NCBI RefSeq assembly: GCF_021246445.1
Contig: NZ_JAJQXW010000004.1
Span: 1 to 64,000 of the forward strand
Direction: 5' to 3'
Length of the DNA stretch: 64,000 bases
From: Rhabdothermincola salaria
Lineage (GTDB): Bacteria; Actinomycetota; Acidimicrobiia; Acidimicrobiales; Acidimicrobilacustridaceae
The position numbers and the translations under genes are program-made. Each line of letters opens with the position of its first letter. Position 1 is the stretch's first letter. Shown here piece by piece: positions 49,161 to 58,322 of this stretch. Under the pieces are notes generated by a model. The model was not told where the DNA came from, searched no databases, and was given only the letters and a program-made list of their open reading frames with translations.

Positions 49161-50587
49161 CGGACGAGCCTTCGGATGCCAATACCGATGAGCGTTGTAA
49201 CGAACACGAGTCCCAAGGTGGTCAGGAGCACTGCGGTGATCGCCCAACCCGGTCCTCGGGCCGCCTCGGGCAACCCGACACCGACGTTGAACCACAGTTG
49301 TGCTGCCAACGCGACCGTGCGTCCCCAGCTGGGGTCGTCGTTGGGGCCAACAACTTCGGGGGCGGCCACGCCGATGACAACGGCGGTTAGTATGATGCCG
49401 CCGACAAGGAAAGCAAGCGGCTCGGCAAGTCGCACTCCGTAGCCGAAAGTCCACCGCTGACCGAGCTCGGGAACTCTTCCCCATCCTCGGCGGCCATTGG
49501 CGCAGCGTTCAGCGAAATACACCTGGTCCTGCTCTCTTGGTCGATCGTCGAGACTGCGGCGGAGTGTCGCGAGGGCGGTCGGGCCGTCGTGACCGAGCAG
49601 CGCTGTTGCGGTGGCCAACGCCTGGCGACGGTTGCGGATCCTGGTCTCGGGCACTTCGACGGTCGCGATCTCGAACGCTGAGTCGGCGACGACAGTGGTG
49701 CCTGAATTCCGGACATGGTCGCGTCGAAGTGTCCCATCGACTCGGCCGGTCTCCAGGGCGACGTGCATGGAGCCGGCAACCAGCAGGTCCCCAGAGACAC
49801 GAAGGCCTCTCATCGTCAGATCCACCGCAGGGCGGTCAGTGCTGGCTGCCTGAATCTCGACCGAAGAGGTCACCGAGCCACCGATCGTGACCGGACAAGT
49901 CTTGCCCGCAGCTGCACGCAATCTGGTCACCGAGACCCGAGTTGCGTGCGAGTCAGCGACCACGACCTCCTCGGCGATGACATCGCGAAACAGGATTGCG
50001 CCGGCAGTGACGCGGCGTGTGGCGACATTGACGGCCGTAAGATTCTCGAGTCGCAACTCGTCGCGAACCTTCAGGTCAACCAGCGACACGGAAGTCGTGT
50101 CAGCGCCGCTGCTCTCGGCAATGCGCAGCGTCTCGCAGGTCAATGCGGACACATCGACGGCGTCCCCGATGTCGGTGACGCGCACATGGGTGGCGATGAC
50201 GTCAGAAGCAGCGATCTGTGCAGCTCCGTGTACGACCAGCTGTCCGATCTGGCATCGGTTCAGGGCAACCCCTCCCCTCAACTCGCGAATGTCGAGGACG
50301 TCGATCGTGCAGTCCTCGATGACGATCACGTCCGCGCTCCTGCAGCGGCGCATCGAGACGGTGTCGAGTCTGGACCGCGCCAGGATGAGCCCGCAGCGCC
50401 AGACAGCGTCGGTCACGTCGAGTTCCGCAGCGTAGAGATGCTGGACCCTTGTGAGTCGGTCGTTGCGCCAATTAGATGCTCGCAGGACCTGGGCGCCAGG
50501 AGCGCCGAAGTGCACCAGTTCGCCGCGATCCCAGTTGGCGATGAGTTCGTCTGATCCGGTGACCACGACCGGGGTGGTCGCCGTCAT
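49157..50587 (-). CDS. Beta-solenoid protein with C-terminal 2-TM channel-like domain
   Basis: Repetitive beta strands, then FGYGVR, TM, pore-like LAAQLWFNVGVG, TM. Confidence 0.65.
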   Translation of the reverse strand: MTATTPVVVTGSDELIANWDRGELVHFGAPGAQVLRASNWRNDRLTRVQHLYAAELDVTDAVWRCGLILARSRLDTVSMRRCRSADVIVIEDCTIDVLDIRELRGGVALNRCQIGQLVVHGAAQIAASDVIATHVRVTDIGDAVDVSALTCETLRIAESSGADTTSVSLVDLKVRDELRLENLTAVNVATRRVTAGAILFRDVIAEEVVVADSHATRVSVTRLRAAAGKTCPVTIGGSVTSSVEIQAASTDRPAVDLTMRGLRVSGDLLVAGSMHVALETGRVDGTLRRDHVRNSGTTVVADSAFEIATVEVPETRIRNRRQALATATALLGHDGPTALATLRRSLDDRPREQDQVYFAERCANGRRGWGRVPELGQRWTFGYGVRLAEPLAFLVGGIILTAVVIGVAAPEVVGPNDDPSWGRTVALAAQLWFNVGVGLPEAARGPGWAITAVLLTTLGLVFVTTLIGIGIRRLVR

Positions 50588-51825
50588 CGCTCCAGGGCCT
50601 TTCGGACACGTTCGTCGTAGCGGCGTCCCTCACCCGCATCTGCCCGCTCCGACGCAGCGAGCCGCAGGACATCTTCCCAGCGACGGGGGAGCGGCAAAGT
50701 CGCCGCTGCCGCTAGTGAGGCGGCAACGATCGCGTCCGCATCGTTCTCGAGCGCAGCTGCTGCGGTCCGCGTGGACGCGTGCCACCAGCGCAGCTGCTCC
50801 CGGCACGCCACAGGGCGGTTCCCAGGTCCTGCGAACTTGACGGCGAACGGGATGGCACCAGGCTCTGGAGCGTCGATCGGCAGACTCCAACCGCTTTCGG
50901 CTCGGCTGTAGACGACAGCGTCGGGAAGCGCGCGCCCGACCTGGGCGAGTCCGTAGGCGCCCGGCTCTACCGGAACGACGAACGGTCGCGGTCGCCCCGG
51001 CACCGGTCCGGGTACTGTGCCATTGAGATGGCCTGCGACAACCCGGGCTGGACCAAGGGCATCGCACCACACGTCGATGAGGCGGGCGCGATCGGGCTCG
51101 GCAATTCGTGCACCTTGCCCAGCGGTCCCGGCTACCAGGACTGACACGCCACCGGGCCGTACCGCTGCCGCATAGTCGGCGTTGGCCTCCCAGTCCAGGT
51201 CACCGTAGGCGTCTCGCAGCGTTGGGACCGCCACGACCAAGTCCGGGTCACGGACCGCGTCGTCGACACCACGAGCGGCCGAAGTCCGGTCCGGCGCGGC
51301 GAGGACACGCTTCGCGACCGCGCTCGCGCTGAGCCTGTCGGTGTCAATGAAGTGGTCGAACTCGGCAGGAGCGGTGGCAAGTTCGCGCAGCATGTTCGAG
51401 CGCAGGTCGAGCCGGGCGGGTAGATCGAGATCCTTGCGACCGCGAAGCCGTCTGGCTGTCACCCGCCGACTGGCCCATAGGCCGCACACCCTCCAGCCAG
51501 GTCGCGCAGACAGGGCGTTGGCTTCTTCCAAACTGGCAGTGTGTACCACGGGGGTGAGCCCGGCCTCCTCGAGACGCTCGATCTCGGCCCAGTCAATGGC
51601 GTAGGCATTTCCGTAGCGAGCGACCACCGAAAGCAGCTTTCCGGAGCGCTCCAGCTCGTCGAGCGCGGCGGCTTCGGTGCGTCGGTACCCTTCCATTCGC
51701 CCGGCGCCAGCTTTCAGCTTTCGAAAGTGCACGATCCGAGGATCCTCGGTAAGGATGGCGGTGACCGTGTCCTTCCCAGTGGCGGGCGGCCCATAGAGGA
51801 TCAAGCCCTTGGGTAGTGCGCTCAT
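50584..51825 (-). CDS. Guanylate-kinase-like/DHDPS-like aldolase fusion
   Basis: GPPATGKDT and RYGNAYAID, then VAVPT..GDLD, VAGTAGQG..R, VVYS, AVKFA. Confidence 0.7.
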   Translation of the reverse strand: MSALPKGLILYGPPATGKDTVTAILTEDPRIVHFRKLKAGAGRMEGYRRTEAAALDELERSGKLLSVVARYGNAYAIDWAEIERLEEAGLTPVVHTASLEEANALSARPGWRVCGLWASRRVTARRLRGRKDLDLPARLDLRSNMLRELATAPAEFDHFIDTDRLSASAVAKRVLAAPDRTSAARGVDDAVRDPDLVVAVPTLRDAYGDLDWEANADYAAAVRPGGVSVLVAGTAGQGARIAEPDRARLIDVWCDALGPARVVAGHLNGTVPGPVPGRPRPFVVPVEPGAYGLAQVGRALPDAVVYSRAESGWSLPIDAPEPGAIPFAVKFAGPGNRPVACREQLRWWHASTRTAAAALENDADAIVAASLAAAATLPLPRRWEDVLRLAASERADAGEGRRYDERVRKALER

Positions 51826-52412
51826 CGGACAAGCCCCCACGCCTGCAGAAGGCTGGCCGCATGGTCGACGATCGTCCCTTCGCCGTCGAGGGAGTTGTCG
51901 AACACGTCGTGCGGTCCTTCAGGTCGGAAGGAGAGGTCGATGGCGGCACGGTAGGCGTCCCAGTTGGCGAGTTTCCAGCGGTCCCGGCCGGCACCGCGAT
52001 GGGTGAGCCGTCGGCGCATCGTGTCGAGGTCCGCGTGGACCCATACCAGATGGACACTGATCCCATCGAGCTCTCTGCGATCATCCATCCAGTCGTAGAA
52101 ATCTGGATCGCGAAGCTCCCTAAGGAACGGTGCGGTGACCACCAAGCTGGCGCCGAGATCGAGGACCTCGTTCACCGTGTCGAGCAGGATCCGATACTCA
52201 AGGGGGCGAATCTTCTCCAGGTAGATGTCGGTCTGTCGGTCATCTGGGTCGCCGCAAAGTAGAGCGGCATGCTCCTCGACAAGTGGCCGGGTGAGCGTGT
52301 CCTTGTCAATGAGCGCCCATCTGGTGCGCGATGCCAAGACTTTCGCCAGTTCCGTCTTCCCCGACCCCGCGTAGCCTCCGACCAGTATCAGCGTCGTCGT
52401 CTCGTTCCTCAC
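51822..52412 (-). CDS. AAA_33-like P-loop kinase
   Basis: GGYAGSGKT, IDKDT, APF, RRRLTHRG..RD. Confidence 0.85.
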   Translation of the reverse strand: MRNETTTLILVGGYAGSGKTELAKVLASRTRWALIDKDTLTRPLVEEHAALLCGDPDDRQTDIYLEKIRPLEYRILLDTVNEVLDLGASLVVTAPFLRELRDPDFYDWMDDRRELDGISVHLVWVHADLDTMRRRLTHRGAGRDRWKLANWDAYRAAIDLSFRPEGPHDVFDNSLDGEGTIVDHAASLLQAWGLVR

Positions 52413-52610
52413 TCCGCTCCCTCACCAGCCTGCCAGCAAGTGACGGCACGTCTGCGTCAAACGGAAGCCCCGCATCGCCAGTTCAGTCCTCATGCTAGCC
52501 AACTGAATCGGGCAGCCTCTACTCCCCGGGAGGGGCCTCAATACGAAGGGACACTCGCTCACCGACCGACTCGACGTGCGGGGAACCTCCGGCGCTTCGC
52601 TGCAGAGATG

Positions 52611-52650
52611 GTGTGGAGTTGCCCCGCTTTGGTGGACACCTGATTCTGGG
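52611..52650 (+). mobile_element. Solo IS3-like terminal inverted repeat
   Basis: TGGAGTTGCCCCGCTTTGGTGGACACC; 18/20 inverted match to 59685-59704. Confidence 0.55.
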
Positions 52651-53274
52651 GGAGACCCTGGAGGAAGTCTCGGCCACTGGATCGGACACCGTGACGATCA
52701 GCCCGGCGGAAAGGTCGATCTCCTCCCCGAACCGTCCAGCGACCGCGTCCTCGACTGCGGCTTCCGCCGCGACCTCAGAATTCGAACGCAGATCACCGTC
52801 GGAGATCTCCCGGTCCTCCGAGGACGGGGAGTCACCCGAGAACTCACAGTCAACTGTTCGCCAGGACCCGTCCTCGTAGACGTAGGGTTCGAAACCGCCG
52901 CCGTCGTCGAACGGCTCGCCATCGAACAGAAACTCGATGGCGACCTCCCCGGTCGTTTCGGTCACCTCGCGAGTGAGGACCTCGCCGACCTCCGCCTCCG
53001 AGAGGTCAATACCGAAGCCCTCGGCCATCGCAAACGCCACCGTCATCTCTGCGTTGAAGTCCGCCCGCGAGAGGGAATCCCGGCACTCCTCGGTCAACCG
53101 CCCGTACAACACGCCGAAGTCTTGCGCGACAACTGCCGCGGCGACCTTCTCCCCTGCAGCCTGAAGACCAGCTCCGTCAGCCGACTCACCGCCGCCATCC
53201 CCTCCACCGCAGGCAGCCACCACGAGACCACCTGCCAACAGAGCTGCTGTCACCGCACGACGCGCCACCGCCAT
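52650..53274 (-). pseudogene. Lipoprotein, probably 3'-truncated by the IS end
   Basis: Lipobox VAACGGG; the acidic sequence changes abruptly in character at the IR, and the ORF stop lies at 52519. Confidence 0.55.
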
Positions 53275-53411
53275 CACACCTCGCCTGGTGTCTCGACCTC
53301 TCGGGTCGCACATTGGTCTATCAGCCAACGTGCCAATTCGGGTCGTTCGTCGTTGGTGGTGCCCCCGTCGTTGGACACCGGATTCTCAAGGAATGGTCAG
53401 ATGACCCCGGG

Positions 53412-53974
53412 CTAGGTGTCGAGGGCTTCCAGGACGCCGTCCTCCCAGGCCCACACCTGGCAGGCAGTCGGGAAGGTCTCGACCTCGAGTGGCACCTCAC
53501 CGGGACGGTAGACCTCGATGAGGGTGCTGAGCAGGGAGTGGGCCGAGCGTGCGATGGCGTCAGCCCCGCCAACGTCTTGCCACCAGTGCCGGGCGATGTC
53601 GGGCTTGTCGTCCCAGTCGGGGGGCCGTAGGGAGGGGTCCTCAGCAAGGTTGGGGGCGTCCACCCGAGGCGGGCGAGGTGGTCGTGCTGCGCGTGGGTCA
53701 GCGCCCAGGGGGTACCGGTCAGGTAGGTGTTGGAGACCGCTTCGAGGTGCGCGCCGACCTCGGTGACGATGCACTGCACGAACACCTCGGGTCGCCCTAC
53801 GGGGGCGATGATCACCACCCACGCCCCGTCGGCCTGCAGCTGGCCGAGAAGCGCCTCCAGCCGGTCGAGGAGGTTCTCGCCGGACTCCTGGGCGCTGAGC
53901 GGGAACCGCCCTTGAAGTGGGCGCGGGCTGGGTAGCTCTCGGGGGTCGTCGAGCGGGGAAGCTGACGTGGCCAT
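53412..53974 (-). pseudogene. TY-Chap-like chaperone domain protein, frameshifted
   Basis: FVQC..HLEAVSNTYL..LARLGW in one frame and HWWQ..LLSTLIEVY..FPTACQVWAW in another; shift near 53650-53662; homologous to 55316-55876. Confidence 0.7.
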
Positions 53975-54011
53975 GGTGTCCTCCAAGGATGTTCGTGGGC
54001 ACCGAGGGCTG

Positions 54012-54118
54012 TGCCACCTTTGCCGATTACCCGACCAGCTCTTACCTCGGAGCACCGCTGGTGGACGGTTGCTGGGGTGCAGGCCGAGTACCTACAGGCG
54101 CACCCACTCGTTGAAGCG
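54012..54118 (-). ncRNA. SAM-IV-like riboswitch, copy 1 (P1/J1-2 divergent)
   Basis: P2 GGGUGC/GCACCC; P3 AGCAACCG/CGGUGCU; PK1 CUCGG/CCGAG; PK2 CCACC/GGUGG. Confidence 0.7.
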
Positions 54119-54213
54119 CCTGGTGCGAAACAGCCTCCGTAGCAACGCACGAGGCGTCCGAGGAACGCGGGCAAGGCTCCGACCAAGCGACCGGGGGGAT
54201 GCGCCGCTCACCG

Positions 54214-55152
54214 TCAGCGAAAGGCCGTCGAATCGAACTCGATGCGGGAGGAGATGCCGCTCGGTTCGATGTCGACCCAGCCCACTCCGTCTACCAGGCG
54301 GGGCATGCCGGCCGACGGCGGTTGCTCGATGAGACCGGCGGAGCCGAGGGCGCCGAAGAGCCCGTTGGCGTCCCAGCCGGGGGCGTTGTCGAGCACCCAC
54401 GCCATGGCGAAGCCTCGGGTGATCGGGATGAAGTGCAGGAAATGCACGACCGTTCTGGCCGTGTCCCCGTCGAAGCGCAGAGGGCGCCGGCCCGACCGGT
54501 TGGCCGGGTAGCCCGCCGGGCGGTTCACCAGGTAGCCGTTCTCGTCGGTCTCGTAGTGGCGGCCGCCGTCGGTGACCACGATGCGCTGGTGGGCTGGCGG
54601 TAGGTCGCTCTCTTCGACCGGCACCCCAGGGACGAGGGTGATCTCGCACTGGGGTGCGTCGAGGGTGAGGCCCGGCTCGACGTCGGCGCGCTCGGCGACC
54701 AGGGAGATGACCCGTGCCTCGGCCCCGGCGAGGGTCTCGAGCAGGCGGACGGCGACCCGGGCCTGCAGGATCGTCGCCGAGGAGCCCTCCAACTCCCCGA
54801 GCCAGTCGGCCGCGCTCTGGGGACCAACGACCTCGCACTCCCCGACCTGCAGCTCGATCTCGAAGCTGGAACCGGAGTCGTCGACGACCCAGCCGTCGGC
54901 TTCGACGTCGATGCCCTTCGCCCCGAGATGCAGGAGCCCAAGAGCGAACCTGACCATGTCTCTCGGGTCGTCGTCGAGGTGCACAAAGCTGCCTTCGCGG
55001 CGCTCCCACCCGTCCCGGTAGGTGCCGTCCTCGATGGGCTCGATCTTGGGGCTGAGCTTCACGAGCCGGTCGATCTGGGTGACGAGAGCATCGAGGTCGG
55101 TGACCTTCACCATGGCGCGGGCAGTGACGGAGTACGGGCTGGGGTTCGACAT
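54214..55152 (-). CDS. Hypothetical protein behind a SAM-I-like riboswitch
   Basis: 312-aa ORF with GAGGAGG RBS; no family recognised. Confidence 0.8.
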   Translation of the reverse strand: MSNPSPYSVTARAMVKVTDLDALVTQIDRLVKLSPKIEPIEDGTYRDGWERREGSFVHLDDDPRDMVRFALGLLHLGAKGIDVEADGWVVDDSGSSFEIELQVGECEVVGPQSAADWLGELEGSSATILQARVAVRLLETLAGAEARVISLVAERADVEPGLTLDAPQCEITLVPGVPVEESDLPPAHQRIVVTDGGRHYETDENGYLVNRPAGYPANRSGRRPLRFDGDTARTVVHFLHFIPITRGFAMAWVLDNAPGWDANGLFGALGSAGLIEQPPSAGMPRLVDGVGWVDIEPSGISSRIEFDSTAFR

Positions 55153-55161
55153 GGTGTCCTC

Positions 55162-55248
55162 CTCATCGGTCCTGGCGGTGGCACCGTGCGCCGAGGCGTC
55201 GGTTGCCCGACCGTCACAGGGCCAGGCCCCTCAGGTCGTCAAGATGAG
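55162..55248 (-). ncRNA. Compact SAM-I-like riboswitch lacking P4
   Basis: P1 CUCAUC/GAUGAG; P2 CGACC/GGUCG with kink-turn-like GA/UGA; PK CUGG/CCAG; P3 GGCAACCG/CGGUGCC. The P1 3' strand overlaps the RBS. Confidence 0.8.
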
Positions 55249-55315
55249 ATGCAAAGCCAGCGCATGACTGCGTCGGATAGGTGCCGCACAGTCGCCGGCG
55301 GAGTGTGGGTGGGTG

Positions 55316-55876
55316 TCACTCGAGGCTGTCGATGTACCCGCCGAAGGGTTCGGTGGGGTCGTCCACCCACTCCCACTCCTGGCAGTCGGCGGGAAAGACG
55401 GTCACCGACACCGGTTCGTCGGCCGTGAGCCCGTACACGCCGATCAGCGTCGACAACAGCTGATCGGCGGTGGCATCGAGATGATGCGGGCCCGGCTCCT
55501 CGATCCACCAGTTCTCGGGTGCGCCGTCGTGTTCGTCGGGATCCAGGGGCGGCTGCCAGCCCCGCCGGGTGAGCTCGTCGATCTGGTCGCCGCTGAGCTC
55601 GAGACCTACGGGTTCGAGGTAGCGGTGGCCGACGGCTTCGACGTGGGCACCTACTGGGGTGAGCAGGGCCTGGGTGTAGTGGCGCTCTAGGAAGGTGCGC
55701 TCGAGGATCACGCAGTGCGAGCCGCGTCCCACGAGGTCGGCGAACTTGCGCACCAAGGCGCAACGGAAGGCGTCGACCCCGCCGCCCCCGCTGATGCTGA
55801 CGAGGAACGATTCGCTGACGGGAGCGCGCTGGTCGGCGTCGGCCTCGCCGAGGAAGCCGTGGGGGTCGGTGTGCAT
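55316..55876 (-). CDS. TY-Chap-like (T3SS/YbjN-type chaperone) domain protein
   Basis: HYTQA..HVEAVGHRYL..LTRRGWQPP..NWW..LLSTLIGVYG. Confidence 0.7.
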   Translation of the reverse strand: MHTDPHGFLGEADADQRAPVSESFLVSISGGGGVDAFRCALVRKFADLVGRGSHCVILERTFLERHYTQALLTPVGAHVEAVGHRYLEPVGLELSGDQIDELTRRGWQPPLDPDEHDGAPENWWIEEPGPHHLDATADQLLSTLIGVYGLTADEPVSVTVFPADCQEWEWVDDPTEPFGGYIDSLE

Positions 55877-55905
55877 CGAGGGTCCTCTCTGGGACACCTC
55901 GGGTG

Positions 55906-56011
55906 TCCCACCTTTGCCGTGACAGGGGCCGGCTCTTCCCTCGGGGCACCGTTGGTGGACGGTTGCCGGGACGACAGGCCGAGTACCTCTCACGCCGTCC
56001 GCTCTTGAGCC
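55906..56011 (-). ncRNA. SAM-IV-like riboswitch, copy 2
   Basis: P1 GCUC/GAGC; J1/2 AAGAG; P2 GGACGGC/GUCGUCC; P3 GGCAACCG/CGGUGCC; both pseudoknots present. Confidence 0.8.
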
Positions 56012-56018
56012 ACCTCTC

Positions 56019-56040
56019 ACACTACAAAGGGGGTGTGACA
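56019..56040 (-). promoter_or_regulatory. PafBC/RecA-NDp-like promoter
   Basis: TGTCAC-N10-TAGTGT, 8 nt before the aptamer. Confidence 0.6.
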
Positions 56041-56148
56041 CTTCCGCCGGACCGTGGCAGGAGGGTTCTGCTAGGCACCCGCGCCGCCGCGCCCCCGGCA
56101 TCACCCAGGCTTCGCACCACTCCTCGTAGTGCTGCAGGGCCTAGGAAG

Positions 56149-56874
56149 TCATGGCGACGGGGACTCGGCCACCTTTTCGAGATGCGCGTTCAGGACCCAC
56201 CACTCGATCGGCCATGGTTGCTCCCGGTCCAGATGCTGGTCTTCTCGGGGGTACCGGCCAGCGGAGACGATGACCCCGCGAAGGGACTTGCCCTGCGCCA
56301 TGTCGGTCTTGGCGAGGAGGTTGAGGTAGTCGATCACCTGCCCGACCGTGCCCGATGGGCTGCTCAGCTCGAACTCGACGACGACCAGGCCTGTCCACCG
56401 GCCAGCGGAGCCCCTCTCCTTGAGGAGCAGATCGATGCGCTGCTTGCGACCAGGAATGCTGAACTCGACCTGGGGACTGTCGCAGTGAACGAATGGCCCG
56501 GGTCGGCCTACCCGACTGAGGACCCAGCGCCGAAGGTCGTTCTCGCTGGGCACAAGAAGACCGACGTCGGCGAACGGCACTTTGGCGAACCGGACCCAGC
56601 AGTCTGGAGTCAGGGTCGGATCTGACAGCGGCCGATCGGTCTCGAGCCCGGCCGCTGCCGCTGCGCGCGCAAGCTCCTCACGGAGCTTGGGCGACATCAC
56701 CTTGTTGCCCCCTGCCCGAATGAGGCTCGACACCTTCCGCACGGTGCTGCATGAGCTGTCGGCCACGTCACCCCAGGGTTCTGGGAGCGATACCGCCAGG
56801 TCCTGCATGTAATCGACGAGGGACGGCCGAACTGGGGCGTCTTCGTTCATGGGAGGGAGTCTAGGAATGGGCAT
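56149..56874 (-). CDS. NucS-like PD-(D/E)XK nuclease-fold protein
   Basis: SENDL, QVEF..RIDLL..LVVVEFE, VGQVIDY, RGVIV. Confidence 0.7.
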   Translation of the reverse strand: MPIPRLPPMNEDAPVRPSLVDYMQDLAVSLPEPWGDVADSSCSTVRKVSSLIRAGGNKVMSPKLREELARAAAAAGLETDRPLSDPTLTPDCWVRFAKVPFADVGLLVPSENDLRRWVLSRVGRPGPFVHCDSPQVEFSIPGRKQRIDLLLKERGSAGRWTGLVVVEFELSSPSGTVGQVIDYLNLLAKTDMAQGKSLRGVIVSAGRYPREDQHLDREQPWPIEWWVLNAHLEKVAESPSP

Positions 56875-56892
56875 CTGCAGGGATCAGCGAGG

Positions 56893-57250
56893 TCACCAGA
56901 TCGTCACGACGTCGATGCCCGGGACCTGGTGTCCGACCCACTCACCCAGAACCGTCTCCAACAGGTTCACGACTCCCTCCTCGGTGTCGACCCTGAAGAC
57001 ATAGTCAGACGTCGAGAGCACCACATCGACCGTGCTGACCTCGTCGTCCGCGTCGATGCCGAACTCGCGCCGCAGCTCGGGCGGCGGAGACCAGGCCGGC
57101 TCAAAGCTGTAGCCGTCCGACAGCCGGCCAACAGCCCACTCACGCAATGCGTCGACATCGTCGATGATGACGCCGATGTCGATTGTCAGCCGGCGTTCCG
57201 TGCCTGCCGACGCCTGTTCTTCGGAAATCTCTGTCAACCTGACTCCCAGG
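56893..57250 (-). CDS. Acidic hypothetical protein (start uncertain)
   Basis: The 3' part of ORF 56893-57474 has protein-like composition. Confidence 0.5.
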
Positions 57251-57398
57251 TTCCGGGGTTCACCACCACGCCAGCTGCTCGGACGCCAGAGCGGCGTTGC
57301 CGCTCGCCCTCGAGAAATCTGACCGTTCGCCCCTTCGTTTGATCCGCTGTACAGCCGCTCGAGCACCTTACGCAGCGAATAGTGAGGCCGCTTCGGAG

Positions 57399-58175
57399 CT
57401 AACCATGATGCCGGTCTGTCCACCCGCTGAGGTCGTGGTCCGTGGCGAGCTCGTCGTCCTCGAGCGGGCGCCACGATTCGTCCTCGATCCGGATGATGGG
57501 TGAACGGCCGGCGTTCTCGAAGCCGTTGCCGTGGATGGCAGCCAGTTCGACGAGCCGGACCGGCACGGGTTCGGCCTCGAGGTAGATCGTGCCCTCGAGC
57601 TCGGCCCAGGTGGTCCCGTCCGGGTAGAGAAGCTTGCCGACGTCAGGGCGGTCGACGATGCCGCTGGCGAACGAGAAGGCCCACTCCACCGGCACCTCGC
57701 CTGCCAGGCGGGCCATCACCTCTTCGGCGACGCCGTGCTCCCGGGTGCCATGCAACCGCAGCGCAGGCCGGGTCCGGCCGGGCGTGCGGACCAGCGCCAT
57801 CGACCATTCTGCGGTGCCCTCGCCCCGTCGTGTGCTCGGGTCGACGAGCGCTCGGGCGAGCACGACGGCTCGTCCGAGGTGGTCGTCGGCCACGACCACG
57901 ACGAGACCTCCGTTCACCTGCCCGGTGACGAACATGCCCATCCTCGACAGCCCGGATTGGGAGTGGGCGGCGAAGCCACGCTGTCCGCGCTCGAGCGCCA
58001 GCCAGCTCGTCGAGCACCATCGAGCGCCCTGAGTGAGGTCGGGATCCGGTCGGTAGGGCACACGATGTCCGTTAAACCGGACGTCACGTTGGCCGGGAGC
58101 GACGTAGCCGAGGACGGTGTTGCAGCCGAACACCCAGTCGACGTCGGGGACGGGCTGGGACTCGTGGGTGCGCAT
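57399..58175 (-). CDS. Hypothetical protein behind a SAM-IV-like riboswitch
   Basis: 258-aa ORF with GGAGGAGG RBS. Confidence 0.75.
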   Translation of the reverse strand: MRTHESQPVPDVDWVFGCNTVLGYVAPGQRDVRFNGHRVPYRPDPDLTQGARWCSTSWLALERGQRGFAAHSQSGLSRMGMFVTGQVNGGLVVVVADDHLGRAVVLARALVDPSTRRGEGTAEWSMALVRTPGRTRPALRLHGTREHGVAEEVMARLAGEVPVEWAFSFASGIVDRPDVGKLLYPDGTTWAELEGTIYLEAEPVPVRLVELAAIHGNGFENAGRSPIIRIEDESWRPLEDDELATDHDLSGWTDRHHG

Positions 58176-58206
58176 CGGGTGTCCTCCTCCGGGACACCGA
58201 CGAGGC

Positions 58207-58315
58207 GTCCCACCTTTGCCGTGTGGAGCTGGCCGGCTCTTCCCTCGGGGCACCGTTGGTGGACGGTTGCCGGGACGACGGGCCGAGTACCCGAGTCGTC
58301 GTCCGCTCGTGAGCC
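58207..58315 (-). ncRNA. SAM-IV-like riboswitch, copy 3
   Basis: P1 GCUC/GAGC; P2 GGACGAC/GUCGUCC; P3 and both pseudoknots as in copy 2. Confidence 0.8.
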
Positions 58316-58322
58316 ACAGACC

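Noticed and set aside
53355..53412. Second IS-like end (GCCCCCGTCGTTGGACACCGGATTCT)
   Set aside because: Only partial resemblance to the 52611 terminus; too weak to call.
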